From Octopus sinensis (taxonomy: Eukaryota), in contig NW_021824116.1 of the NCBI RefSeq assembly GCF_006345805.1, positions 1 to 19,737 of the forward strand: a stretch of 19,737 bases of DNA, given 5' to 3'. The position numbers and the translations under genes are program-made. The notes beneath the pieces were generated by a model that saw only the letters and a program-made list of their open reading frames with translations, did not search any database and had not been told where the DNA came from. This document shows, one piece after another, positions 1-11,108 of this stretch. How positions within the stretch are numbered: the first letter of the stretch is position 1; the number at the start of each line of letters is the position of its first letter.

Positions 1-732
1 GAGAAAAGTTGTGTAGAATTCAGCGGTTCAACATGGTGAGATAAGTGGAAAAAGAGGTTGAATGGAAGGAAGACAATAATGTTGACCCAACGAGCTGAAG
101 TGCGCAAGCGTGTGTCTGTACGTGCATATGTTTGAATGGGGAGAGTGAGTCTGACGTATGTGTGTGTGTATGCGTGTGTAATGTGTGTGTGTTGTATGTA
201 GCAGTTGATGCGTGTGTGTATTGTCTGTGTTCAGGTATTATGTGCTGGTGTGGATGTGGGAGTGTGCATAATGGTGATTCGCTCTGTGTTAAACAGTGTG
301 TGTAGTCGCTCGTATAGTGATAGGTGTAGTGACGTTATTGAAGATTGCATGGAGATGTGTGGATGTTGGTGTGAGTGCTGAAAAGTGGTCAGTGCTATTG
401 TGTGTGTGTGTGTGCGTGTGTGGTGAAGGTGTGAGTACAATAGTGTGTGATGAGTTGAATAGTTTGTATGGGTGTGCGTATAGTGGTGCGTGTGTGGTGA
501 AGGTACCGAGATGGGTAGTATGCAGGTGTGTAGGTGGAGGGGCAGTTGAATGAGGCAGGTGAGTGGGAATCCGTGAGAGTTTGGTGTCGGATGAAGAGAG
601 GAGGTGAACTGAGCCCATGTAGCGCAAAGGAGCGAAGAGAGAAGATTAATTAGTTTACAGCTTCCAATCTCGATTGGCATGCTTTCTACGGGTGAATCCC
701 CTTCCTAACGCCAAATACTCCATGAGTGTAAT

Positions 733-1045
733 GGGTGCCTTTACGTGTCACCGGCGCGGGTGCAATTTACGTTACATCGGCATCGGTCGTAACTGCGTTT
801 TCACTTGGCTGGACGTGTTTTCTTAAGCAAGACGTATCGCCAAAGGTCTCATTTACTTATCACCTCAGTGAAGTTCAACATTCCAAGGGTGCTTTTTACG
901 TGCCACCGGCACGGGTGCCTGGTGCCTGACACCGGCATCGGCCACGACTTCGGTTTCATATCCATTGATGGATCCTCTCAAGTACGAAATAATTCCAAAG
1001 GTCTCCGTCAGTTGTTATTGCTTCCATGTGTCCCAAGGTTCCAAG
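733..1045. repeat. Two diverged ~154-bp tandem copies at the RTE ORF end/3' UTR
   Basis: gggtgcc/ttttacgtg(t/c)caccggc occurs at 733 and 887. ggcatcgg is present in both copies. caaaggtctc occurs at 841 and 996. Confidence 0.8.
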
Positions 1046-1258
1046 ATCATGCTTCGCCATCTCGTCTCATGTCTACCTCTTCCACAAGTTCCCTCCACAC
1101 GGCAATTTTTTATACAGCTGTTCTTGCCCCTACGCATCACATGACCGTATCAGCGCAATCGTCTCTCTTGCACACTTTCCTCTCACGACGCTTGCACTGT
1201 CGTACATGCACATCCAGCGTAGCATGCTAGCTTCATTTCTTTCGAGCCTGTGCATGTA
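955..1258 (-). pseudogene. Disrupted RTE ORF2 C-terminal remnant
   Basis: At least two frameshifts, and a W>stop change in RLR*YGHV. Only the RLERNEASMLRWMC part is visible in the tracked ORF 1130..1654. Confidence 0.8.
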
Positions 1259-1362
1259 TGACTGCCTGAGTGTCTGTCTGTATGTATATATGTCTGTGTA
1301 TATATGTGTGCACGTGTGTATGTGTACATGTGTGTAAAAGCGAACACATTCATACGTATATT

Positions 1363-1366
<4 letters not shown>

Positions 1367-1402
<36 letters not shown>

Positions 1403-1600
1403 TATATATAAAAACATATATATACATATATATATCAACATATATATATATATACACATATATATATAAACATATATATAAACATATATATATACACACA
1501 CACACAAACATATATATATATACATATATATATATATGTATATATATATGTGTATATATGCGTGTGTGTATATACATATATAAGCGTATATACATAAATT
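1367..1600. repeat. Compound (TA)n/(CA)n microsatellite
   Basis: Direct reading of the sequence. Confidence 0.95.
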
Positions 1601-1673
1601 TAAATGTACATACTTCAGTATAAATGTCTCTATATAAGCTACTTTTATCCTCAACTGAATATTGTCAGCATTC

Positions 1674-1676
<3 letters not shown>

Positions 1677-1762
<86 letters not shown>
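1677..1762. repeat. Compound (ATT)n-(AGT)n trinucleotide microsatellite
   Basis: A tattat... run switches directly to a tagtag... run. Confidence 0.95.
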
Positions 1763-1763
<1 letters not shown>

Positions 1764-2019
1764 TGTTATTTTAATCTAACGGCAATCACGACAATAGCAG
1801 GCTACTGAACAGCAACACAGATGTAATAATAAAAACGATGATACAACATTTATGGGAACAGCAACGATATTAGGTGGAAGAAGATTAATAATAAGAGCCA
1901 CCGTAAAACACAGTGTTTATTATAAGAACTTACGAACAACAATCATGCTGATATGAATTATCGTAAGGGAATTTGTGTAATGAGCTCTTTAGTTTAACTC
2001 TCTTAGTCTCTCCCTCTCT

Positions 2020-2028
2020 CTCTCTCCC

Positions 2029-2060
<32 letters not shown>

Positions 2061-2239
2061 ATATTATAATGTATATAATGTGTGTGCTGTATGTATATTG
2101 TATTTATGTGTTTGTGTTTTGTGTGTGTTTATGTGTGTGTGTGCATATAAATATATATGTTTAATATATATATATATCTTCATATATATTTGCTTAAATG
2201 GATATATGTTTACATTTGTTATACCATATACATCTAAAT

Positions 2240-2298
<59 letters not shown>

Positions 2299-2300
2299 CA
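2020..2300. repeat. (TA)n/(TG)n microsatellite cluster
   Basis: Direct reading, including a long pure TA run at ~2244-2292. Confidence 0.9.
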
Positions 2301-2670
2301 ATGTTAACCAGCTAGAGGAGATGTTCTCTTTGGGTTAAAGATTTGTACTACTAGTCCATTCGAACGGACAGCCATGTTGAAGTGGCAACGAATATTACTT
2401 ATATAAATATATGAGTAGGTGAGGTAAATTTAGATTTAATAGGGTATTTAATACCATTTCCTAAAATCAGAGCCAATGCTCCAAGAAAAAAAAAAACACC
2501 ATAAACTCACGATAAAGATATATATATATATATATAAAGATGTTGGAAAAGTGTGTTTATAAATATATGCAACAATATATTTACAAATATCTACGTTGAG
2601 ATGAATATGTTTTGCTTTCTGCACATATACTCAGCTATGAATCCATGTATGTATCTATTGCTACGTACAT

Positions 2671-2672
<2 letters not shown>

Positions 2673-2714
<42 letters not shown>

Positions 2715-2726
2715 GTGTGTGTGTGT

Positions 2727-2767
<41 letters not shown>

Positions 2768-2785
2768 TGTGTGTGTGTGTGTGCG
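2673..2785. repeat. (TA)n-(TG)n microsatellite abutting the 3' end of the adjacent SINE
   Basis: Direct reading. On the SINE strand it reads as a (CA)n tail. Confidence 0.9.
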
Positions 2786-3111
2786 TGCGGGCCCCCTTCG
2801 GTCACGAATGACCATGGGATTGCACCTAGAAAGTTCCCCTCCGAGGCACAAGTCCAGGCAAGTTTGTTTGTGGAAGATCAGCAGTCGCCCATGCATACCG
2901 GCCTCCCCTCTTACACCACTGATTTCTTCCAAGGGAAAGGCAAAGGGGCCGATACAGCTTGGCACCTGTGACGTCGCAACTCATTTCTACAGGGGAGTTA
3001 ACTGGAGCAATGTGAAATAAAATGTCCTGCTCAAGAACACAACACGCAGCCCGGTCCGGGATTCGAACGAATAACCTCACAGTTGTAAGCTCGACACTCT
3101 AACCACTGAGC

Positions 3112-3113
<2 letters not shown>
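2786..3113 (-). mobile_element. tRNA-derived SINE, near full length
   Basis: The reverse complement begins GTGGCTCAGTGGTTAGAG (Pol III A box, 3103-3113). It has a B box GTTCGAATCC (3059-3068), then a core ...TGTTCTTGAGCAGGACA..., and a 3' end CTTTCTAGGTGCAATCCCATGGTCATTCGTGACCGAAGGGG running into (CA)n. There is no cloverleaf 3' arm, so it is not a tRNA gene. Confidence 0.85.
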
Positions 3114-3147
<34 letters not shown>

Positions 3148-3735
3148 ATATATATATATATATTGATATATATATATATGTGTGTGTGTATGTGTGTGTG
3201 TTTGTGCGCGTGTGTGTGTATAGACATCATAACATAAAGCTCCCCGTCATTCGCATTTCGTAAATTTTGGTTCCGCCATTGCCTCTTCCCTCTCCTCCAA
3301 AATAAACAAAATGCTATACACCACCACCACCACCACGATCAACACCGTCACCACCACCCTGCTATCACCACTGGCAAAAAAAACAACAAAATAACCCCCC
3401 ACCCCACCCCTCAGCCGGTGCTTATATTTTGTGATATATATTTTAAGATGCTCCACAAGATGAATCGTAACGCCATGAATGGTTTCCGAACGAATCAAAT
3501 GCAAAGCAAAAGGAAACCATTTTCTTCTCTGTTCAGCTAAAAGCATTTCAGTTTTACGACAGAATTTTATCCCCGAAGAACTTGTCCAAACATGCAATTT
3601 ATTTTATGTTTGTTTGCTACCGTGCGAAAAAACCTGCTTCTTTTAGGTTTGAGAAGTATCAGTCTTCCGACATCGATATGACAATATGGAGTCGATTCGT
3701 ATCCAATCATTCCGGCGTGACATGAAAGCCATCAG

Positions 3736-3769
<34 letters not shown>

Positions 3770-3852
3770 TATTATATATATATAAATTCATGTGTGTGTA
3801 TGTATATATATATACACATTTATGTATGTATGTATATATATACCTTTATGTG

Positions 3853-3897
<45 letters not shown>

Positions 3898-4004
3898 TTT
3901 ATGTATATGTGTATATAGATATATGTATATATATGTTCATGAATGTGTGTGTGAGTATATATCTCTATACATATGAATATATTTATATGCATTAAATTAA
4001 ATAC

Positions 4005-4040
<36 letters not shown>
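3736..4040. repeat. Compound (TA)n/(TG)n/(CA)n microsatellite
   Basis: Direct reading of the sequence. Confidence 0.9.
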
Positions 4041-4041
<1 letters not shown>

Positions 4042-4226
4042 AGTATTCTTACCTCTCTCCTTCCTGTCTCTCTCTATGCATGCATGCATATACATATATA
4101 TAATATGCATACACCTGAATATGTATAGAAACAAGAAGTGAAAGAGAAAAATACGAGCAGTAAAGAGAGAGAGAGAGAGAGAAATGATCAGAGAGAAGAG
4201 AGAGAAAATGTGAAAAAGATAAAGGT

Positions 4227-4227
<1 letters not shown>

Positions 4228-4303
<76 letters not shown>

Positions 4304-4308
4304 CAGAG
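4228..4308. repeat. (TA)n-(GA)n microsatellite
   Basis: Direct reading of the sequence. Confidence 0.95.
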
Positions 4309-4884
4309 CGGAAGATACGCTTTGTATGGTGGAGTGTCAGAATGTCTGCTGAGGTTTTCGTCTTAAAATTGTTTAATCGTTGAAGGTTTTATGACAAGAA
4401 TCCTTCGGGTTTCATTTCATGACATTTCAGTGTTTCTGCCAACCGTTCCATTCTCCTGAATGAAATGTTTGTGTTCTCTGTTTTCGAATGTATTATCTCC
4501 CTTTATTACATCCGGTATTAACGAGACATCATTTATAGCAAGGCTTCTTTTCACAGGTATAGAAACCCGATAACAAATGTCTTTCGGAAGGCGAGCCCCT
4601 CCTACGCACACACCCTCTCACGTACACATATACATACACGCATAAACATACATACACACACTTACATATACCCACATAGACATACACACACTCAGAGACA
4701 CACGCACACACTGCCGTTATTGCAGATTTTCTATCGTTTGTGTTGTTTAATGACAACTTTGCCCATAGCGTGCAGATAAAAGCGCTCCAATCATGACCAT
4801 TCCGACTTTATTTTCCAGCCGTAGTCTACACTGGAGGACATGATGCAACCATATCATTTCGGATTCGGTTTTCAGACAAGCTTA

Positions 4885-5530
4885 GCTTTGTGATAAAGAA
4901 CTTAACTTTGCAGCCACGTCGTTTCAAGTCCACTCCCAGTGCACGTGACCTTAGGCAAATATCTTCGATATAACCCTGGGCCAACCAATTTCTGACCAGT
5001 GAATCTCATAGACGAACACTGTCTAATGCTGCCGTATGTATGGAAGTATATCACTATAGAATTGCATCTGTCTAGCTGTCTAACTATCTGTCTACCTATC
5101 TGTCTGTCTGTCTGTCTGTTTGAGTGTCTGTCAATATACTACACACGTTGTGTACGTATGTGCATGTGTGTGATTAAGTGTGTGTGTGCATATGTGAGTG
5201 TAACTGTGTGTATATGTGTACGTGAATGAGTGCATGTGTGTATAGATGTATTCTCATCCAAAATGGCGATGAGTATCTGGCGTCCCATGTGGCCTGATTG
5301 AATAGTTGTCACGATCGTTGCATTGTTAACCCACCGAGGTCTCTTTCATTCTTTTGTTGTCTTACCAGTTTTATCAATATATATATAGTGGTGGTTTGTT
5401 TACGTCCCGGTAATCTAGTGCTCCAGCAAAAGTACTAAGCTTAAAAGAAAACGTTCTGGTGTCCGTTCGTTCGGGTGAACCCAGTCAGGCGGTGCCCCAA
5501 CATGGCTGCAGTGCAGTGACAGAAAAACAC
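4885..5530 (+). mobile_element. Decayed bipartite SINE (head 4885-5045, microsatellite middle, tail 5385-5530)
   Basis: The head tgtgataaagaac...accttaggcaaatatctt...gggccaacc and the tail gtttacgtcccggtaa...aggcggtgccccaacatggctgcagt resemble, from memory, the two halves of an abundant octopus SINE. The tail also matches the reverse complement of 16600-16645 in this window (gcggtacccca-catggc-gtagt). Confidence 0.6.
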
Positions 5531-5559
5531 GTATGCGAGGAAAACAACGAAAGTACCAC

Positions 5560-5670
5560 CAACAGCAACATCACCGCCACTGCCACCACCACCACCATAA
5601 CAACAACCACAGCCATAATAATAATAATAATTATAATAATAATAATACTAATACACACACACATAGACAC
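5560..5670. repeat. (CAA/CAC)n-(AAT)n low-complexity run
   Basis: Direct reading of the sequence. Confidence 0.85.
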
Positions 5671-7616
5671 ACATACACTCATAAACGCACGTACATTTTT
5701 AATCGATTAATTCGCCAGGTCAGTAAACTTTCAATTGAATTCTAATTTGCTGACATTTCAGTTATTTGATAACGAACTCTTCTCCACCACCATTAAAAAC
5801 ATTTGACTCTGCAAACATCCGCCATTTCACTTTAACACCACAACCTCTTCTGTTGTATCATAATTTTCTTTGGCAGTCTCTAACAAAATAGATCTCCCCC
5901 ATATTTCTTTACAAAAATTATATTTGCTTCGACTTTTCAATTTGCAAATGATAATAGGAAACCAGAGTAAAACTTATTTCTGGAGTTTATAATGTTTTTA
6001 TAGTTATATAAATTAAATATATCGTTCACAAAAATATATTTACTGCAATGTTTTATTGTAATCGTGTAACGTTTTCTCCGTTTTCTCGGTTTTCTTGGTC
6101 TGCGTTGTCGTACACACCCGCTTGCTTTCTTCCAAAAATTAGATTTTTGGGGCCTACAAACTTTGAACGGTCTCAAGTATAACAGGCGGAAACTGTATTG
6201 ATAATTGGAAGCTTGACTGAGGAATAGAGGGCCACGAATGATCCGTCTTGACTTTTCCTGCCCGTCTTTGTATCGTCTATCTGTCTGCATGTTTTTATAA
6301 TCATCTGTTACGGTTTTTGAATATATATATATAATTATTTGGAATGTGGGTGTACAGTTTTATATATATATATATATAATATATATTATAATATATATAT
6401 CTATATATATATATATATATATAGTGTGCGTGTACAATCAGTATTACGCTGAGTAAAGCGACTCATGTCATTCACAGTTTTGATATATGTCATTGGATCT
6501 CTCTCAGTAATTCCGCAGTGTTCGTTGAGCTTATAATGGATGATGGAAACGGAAAATGGGGTTCACGAGAATCTTTATTCATCACAACGATCGTTTCGAC
6601 CTGTCTTGCTTCGGTCCCTTGCGGTTGGGATAGAGTACAACTGGTTGTGATGCATCCTTCGGTGCAAAAGCATCTGGCCAGTTATCTTGTTTCAAAGAAG
6701 ATATCTCGAACAATACACTCAATCATATGGCACGTTGTTGTTGCCATTAGGTGGCTGGCTATACTGTCAGGAGATGGATACAATTTCTGAGCTATAACCG
6801 GTTAATATGTCTGGTTAGTGTGTTCGTAGTAAATACATAACAGTAAGTAACAAAATATTTAAAAAATGACAACAGATGAGTAAAAAGAAGATAAGATAAA
6901 GAAAGATAAATATTCACGTGTTGACACAAACACATCAATAGACTGACATGCACACACACACACACACACACACATACACACACACACACACCACACACAC
7001 ACACCAGTGGTCTCGTGGACATACACAGCCACGGTCACGCCGTTGAATTCAGCCATAATCAATTAGATGATCTTAGTAGAGGCAAAAAGGGTATCTGCTG
7101 CCCCGTGGTACATATATATATATATATCCTCATCATTATCATCGTTTTTCTTGTTTAAATCGTACAAATGTGTACAACTATAATATCCAATATTGCCTCA
7201 TATTTTCACCCTTTTTAAGGCGTTAAAGTGAGATATAAATGAAATTTAGCTACTGTTTCAGCCAGATCAATCGATGTTAATAGGGATGTTATCTAATATA
7301 CGTGTTCATATATTAGTCATTTCTTTAAAATTATCTTCAGATTTATTAATGTCTGTAGAAATAGCTTGAATAATTTAGAATTTCGATAAGAAAGAAAGAA
7401 ATATTTAACAATGAGTTGGGCAATAAATTAGGATTTCAGAAAGAAGTTATTGACATAAAATAAAAGAAGAGAAAAAAACACGTTTAGGAGTGATTAATTG
7501 AAGGTCAGCCATTTAAGGATAAAGTAAAACAAAATAAAATAAAGTATAACATTTTATTGTTGAATATAAGTAAAGGTATCTGCTATTGATTAAGTAATAA
7601 ATTATAGAGGCGTGTG

Positions 7617-7646
7617 TCTATATATATATATATATATATACATACA

Positions 7647-7687
<41 letters not shown>

Positions 7688-8095
7688 GTATGTATATGTA
7701 TATATATATATGTATATATATATGTATGTATATGTATATATATATGTATATATATATATGTATGTATATATATATACATATATGTATGTATGTATATATA
7801 TGTATATGTATGTATATATATATGTATATATATGTATATAAATATATGTATATATATATATAAATATTTGTATATATATATGTATATATATATGTATGTA
7901 TATGAATATAAATATATGTATATATGTATATATATGTATATATATATATGTATATAAATATATGTATATATATGTATATATATATGTATATATATGTATA
8001 TATATATGTTTATATATATATATATGTATATACATATGTATATATATGTATATATATACATATATATATATATACATATGCACGTATACATATAT
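7617..8095. repeat. ~480-bp complex (TA)n microsatellite interspersed with TATG units
   Basis: Direct reading. It is the source of the YI/IY-rich artefact ORFs. Confidence 0.95.
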
Positions 8096-8193
8096 ACTGT
8101 ACATTCTCTCCTCCTTTTCCTCTCTCTTTCTCTCTATATATTTAAGGCAATAGTGAGAGAAAACTATATCTAGTATATATGCATATATATATG

Positions 8194-8229
<36 letters not shown>

Positions 8230-8671
8230 CGTGTGTGTGTGTGTGCATATATATTCTTATAAACATGTTTTCTTGTTTATATATGAGTTTGGATGTGCGT
8301 TGGGTTTTTTTCTCATGCGCTGCTCGCGTGCACAACATAACTGTAGTCAATTTGTAAATGAATTTGTCGAATATAAAACGCTGTGATATATGATGTTCTC
8401 TAAATGATGATATCCAAAATGTTTGAAGAGGGAGAAGGCCACCAATCGATAAATGTACATAGGGTCTCTTTAGGTACTTTGGTTGTGTAATCGATTTTGT
8501 GAAAAAAAAAAACCGATTTTAAATGAATAATCAGTCTTAAATAGTTCTAAGGTACATATATGTAACTGTATATGAGAATGGAGGCGGGGTGATGACGATC
8601 ATAGTATCGGTAGTAATGACAGGGAAAGCGGCGGATGTTGATGATGCAGATGATGAGTGTGAAGACAGCCG

Positions 8672-8690
8672 ATTACGACGATGATGACGA

Positions 8691-8749
<59 letters not shown>
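8672..8749. repeat. Compound (GAC/GAT)-(TAC)n-(TGC)n microsatellite
   Basis: Direct reading of the sequence. Confidence 0.95.
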
Positions 8750-9629
8750 AATCAGGCCATCTAGCTTCTAGTACTCTGTCAGTCTGAATCTTAAAGTCGC
8801 ACAACATCTTATATGTCTTACTTTCTAGCACTTTACTAGGTTTATGTTCACACCATCTATCAGTAGGTTCAAATCCTGGCTTTCTACAGGGATCCCACTG
8901 GATTATTCTCCTCGGGTTGTCGTGTGTCTTTCCTTGTATTCTTTCTGAGATAGTATGCTATATTCACTTATTATATGAGTAACACATTCCTCCTTTGACT
9001 TACATAACCTACATTGGGAATCTACTTGGTTTTTATCAAATTAGTCCTCAGTGCTTCTGTTACCATTATTATTATTATTATTACTATCAACATTATTATT
9101 ATTATCATTATTACTTCCGGCTTCCGGCAACATAATAAAATAAGAGCTTTTATATGCATATTCACAAACGTTTCTCGTATGCGAACGTAAAGGTGTTTTA
9201 TTTATATTGGTCATCGTCGTCGCTCGACTTAGTAGGGTCCCGGGTTCGAGTTGAGCGACGGCAGGTTCGTAACAATATATATATGCATGTGTGCATGTGT
9301 GTGTGTGTGTGTGCTCACACGCGTGTTTTTTTTGTGAGTGTGTGTGTATTTTTGTATCTGATACTGAGGCATTGTAAATTTAAAACGAAAGATTAATAAC
9401 TTATTAAATATTGAGAAAACACCTTCGTGACTCTTGGGTCGCCCTATATATACGCATGCACATATATTCATATTTGCATGCAATTAATTCATATATATGC
9501 ATTTATATGCAAGAATGCGCACAAACAGGATGCATATAGACATGTCTATGCCGAATTACTTAACTTTGCGAGACATGTCTGTCCGTCTGCCTGTCTATGT
9601 ATGTATCTATTTATATGTGTGTTAAATAA

Positions 9630-10440
9630 AATGAGTCAACTAAGGCAAGGCGGTGTGGAATTTTTAGGACATTTATAAAGGGGAAGTTAGTCTTACAGCT
9701 GTTTCTGGGATATTAGTGGTATCCCTTCATCAGAGACGATGTGAGATGGTTAAAAAGAGGGAAATAGTAGAGTTCCATATAAGGAGTTATTTTGGAAAAG
9801 GAGACAAATAAGGAGTATATAAGGAAATGGAAGAATGAATGTAGAAATAAAAATATATAAAGATGTTATAGTTGCAGTTCCATTATCCAAGGAATATGGT
9901 GTGTAGAAGTGGTAGAACTGCTTCCTGTCCGTGGTATATAAATTCCAATAGGAGTTCATATTTTGTCGTCACAAATGGAAAGTGTGGAGACGTAGATTCC
10001 ATGAGCTGTTCATTCAAAGGGGTCTTGTGGTGTGAATGAAACTTTGAGAATGTAGTGGTATTATTTAGTGAATACAGAGGGAAGAAGAGATGCGTATGCT
10101 AAAATGATGAGAGAGGTAAAAGGAAAAGGTGAGAAAAGAAGAAGGAAAGAAAGAGAAAAAGAAAATGAAAGATGTGTGAGAAAATGAAAAAAATGTGCAA
10201 AAAAGAGAGTTGGTGGTCAAGATATTATGAGGGTGATAGGAGAGGAGGGGTAGGAAGTATTAAAAATATTAAAAGTAATGAATATGTGTGAGGTGGGGTG
10301 ATATGTTAAAATGGCACTAAAGAATGGGTACAGAAAAAGGTATAAGAGGGGGTTGTTCTAAAGTGAATAGTAAACTACGAAACGGAATGGAAGAATATTA
10401 AGAATGGTCAAGTTTCTATTAATAGACTTATGTGTTTATT
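9630..10440 (-). mobile_element. Decayed Penelope-like element (PLE) fragment ending in a hammerhead
   Basis: The + strand is strongly purine-rich. The degenerate minus-strand peptide TLSICDDKI*T..YTTDRKQFYHF loosely resembles the PLE RT C-terminal motif (Y.KPTD...Y.HF). It ends in a minimal hammerhead of the kind typical of PLE pseudo-LTRs. Boundaries are approximate and the protein assignment is weak. Confidence 0.55.
9690..9737 (-). ncRNA. Minimal type I hammerhead ribozyme
   Basis: The minus strand reads GUCU-CUGAUGA-A-GGGAUA-CCACUAA-UAUCCC-A-GAAAC-AGCU-GUA|AGAC. Stem I is GUCU/AGAC, stem II is 6 bp, stem III is the palindrome ACAGCUGU, and the cleavage triplet is GUA. All invariant core nucleotides are present. 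Confidence 0.88.
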
Positions 10441-10499
10441 CTACTGGTTAATGTGACAGAGTGGGTAGAGGAATCAGAGGGAAAGAAATAAAGTCTATA

Positions 10500-10850
10500 C
10501 CCATATACGCACGCGCGCACGTATGTACATATGTGTGTGTATGCATTATTAAATAGGCCTGCGTACTTGAGTGTTTAAACCCGTACGCATGCATGCATAT
10601 ATATATACACGTATGTACGTATACAATATACGCATGCATGCATACACACACATATACAAATACATACACACATATATATGTACACACGCGCATACCCTTA
10701 AATACATGCATAATACATGCATATACGCACACATGTGAGGAAATATGCATTCATACATGCACACATACACGCACACACATGCACACATACTTCAATATAC
10801 ATACGCCCATATATCCGCATGCGTACGCATATGTATGTCCATGCACGTAG
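10500..10850. repeat. Degenerate alternating purine-pyrimidine (CA/TA/CG) low-complexity tract
   Basis: Direct reading of the sequence. Confidence 0.85.
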
Positions 10851-11058
10851 TATTAAACAATTAAAACTAAGATTAGAGAATTAAAAAATTAATGGAAAGT
10901 GAAACGGGGTTGTTGGGGATCACGTGATATGTGCTGTGTGGTTATTTAAGTTGCATTTAGATTTGAGGTAAAATTCGTAGGTATGGATAAAGCGGCGGTT
11001 GCACGTACCTAGGATCTCATTATAGTTATTTAGTAGAATTGAATAGTTGTTATTTTAA

Positions 11059-11108
<50 letters not shown>

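Larger units (their letters stand above)
660..1260 (-). mobile_element. 5'-truncated RTE-clade LINE fragment (ORF2 C-terminus plus 3' UTR)
   Basis: Minus-strand conceptual translation across frameshifts gives MHRLERNEASMLRWMC...SVQERRLR*YGHVMR...VEGTCGRGR...KHDLGTLGHMEAITTDGDLWNY. This is the typical post-RT C-terminal region of RTE ORF2 (RLRWYGHV.R, EG..GRGRP). The 3' UTR contains GGCGTTAGGAAGGG..CCGTAGAAA, which I recall from RTE 3' ends. Confidence 0.85.

Noticed and set aside
1-630. Jockey/I-type LINE zinc-knuckle remnant (FNCPS...)
   Set aside because: The resemblance is too weak in low-complexity TG-rich DNA.
3040-3113. tRNA gene
   Set aside because: A and B boxes are present but there is no acceptor-stem complement. 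It continues into a SINE body.
3646-3730. Possible exons after good-looking acceptors (cttcttttag near 3646, and cttttcacag near 4556)
   Set aside because: There is no canonical donor or recognisable peptide, so these cannot be supported without RNA-seq.
4417-4611. Protein-like ORF RLPKDICYRVSIPVKRSL...
   Set aside because: It is short, has no recognisable family beyond a faint RTE-like RLPK..Y...KRS, and has a weak splice context.
5960-5980. Other GAAAC-N4-GTH hits (5960, 18785, and 953 on minus) as hammerheads
   Set aside because: None has an upstream CUGANGA with a complementary stem I.
8876-8886. Isolated B box GGTTCAAATCC
   Set aside because: No A box or SINE body is recognisable.
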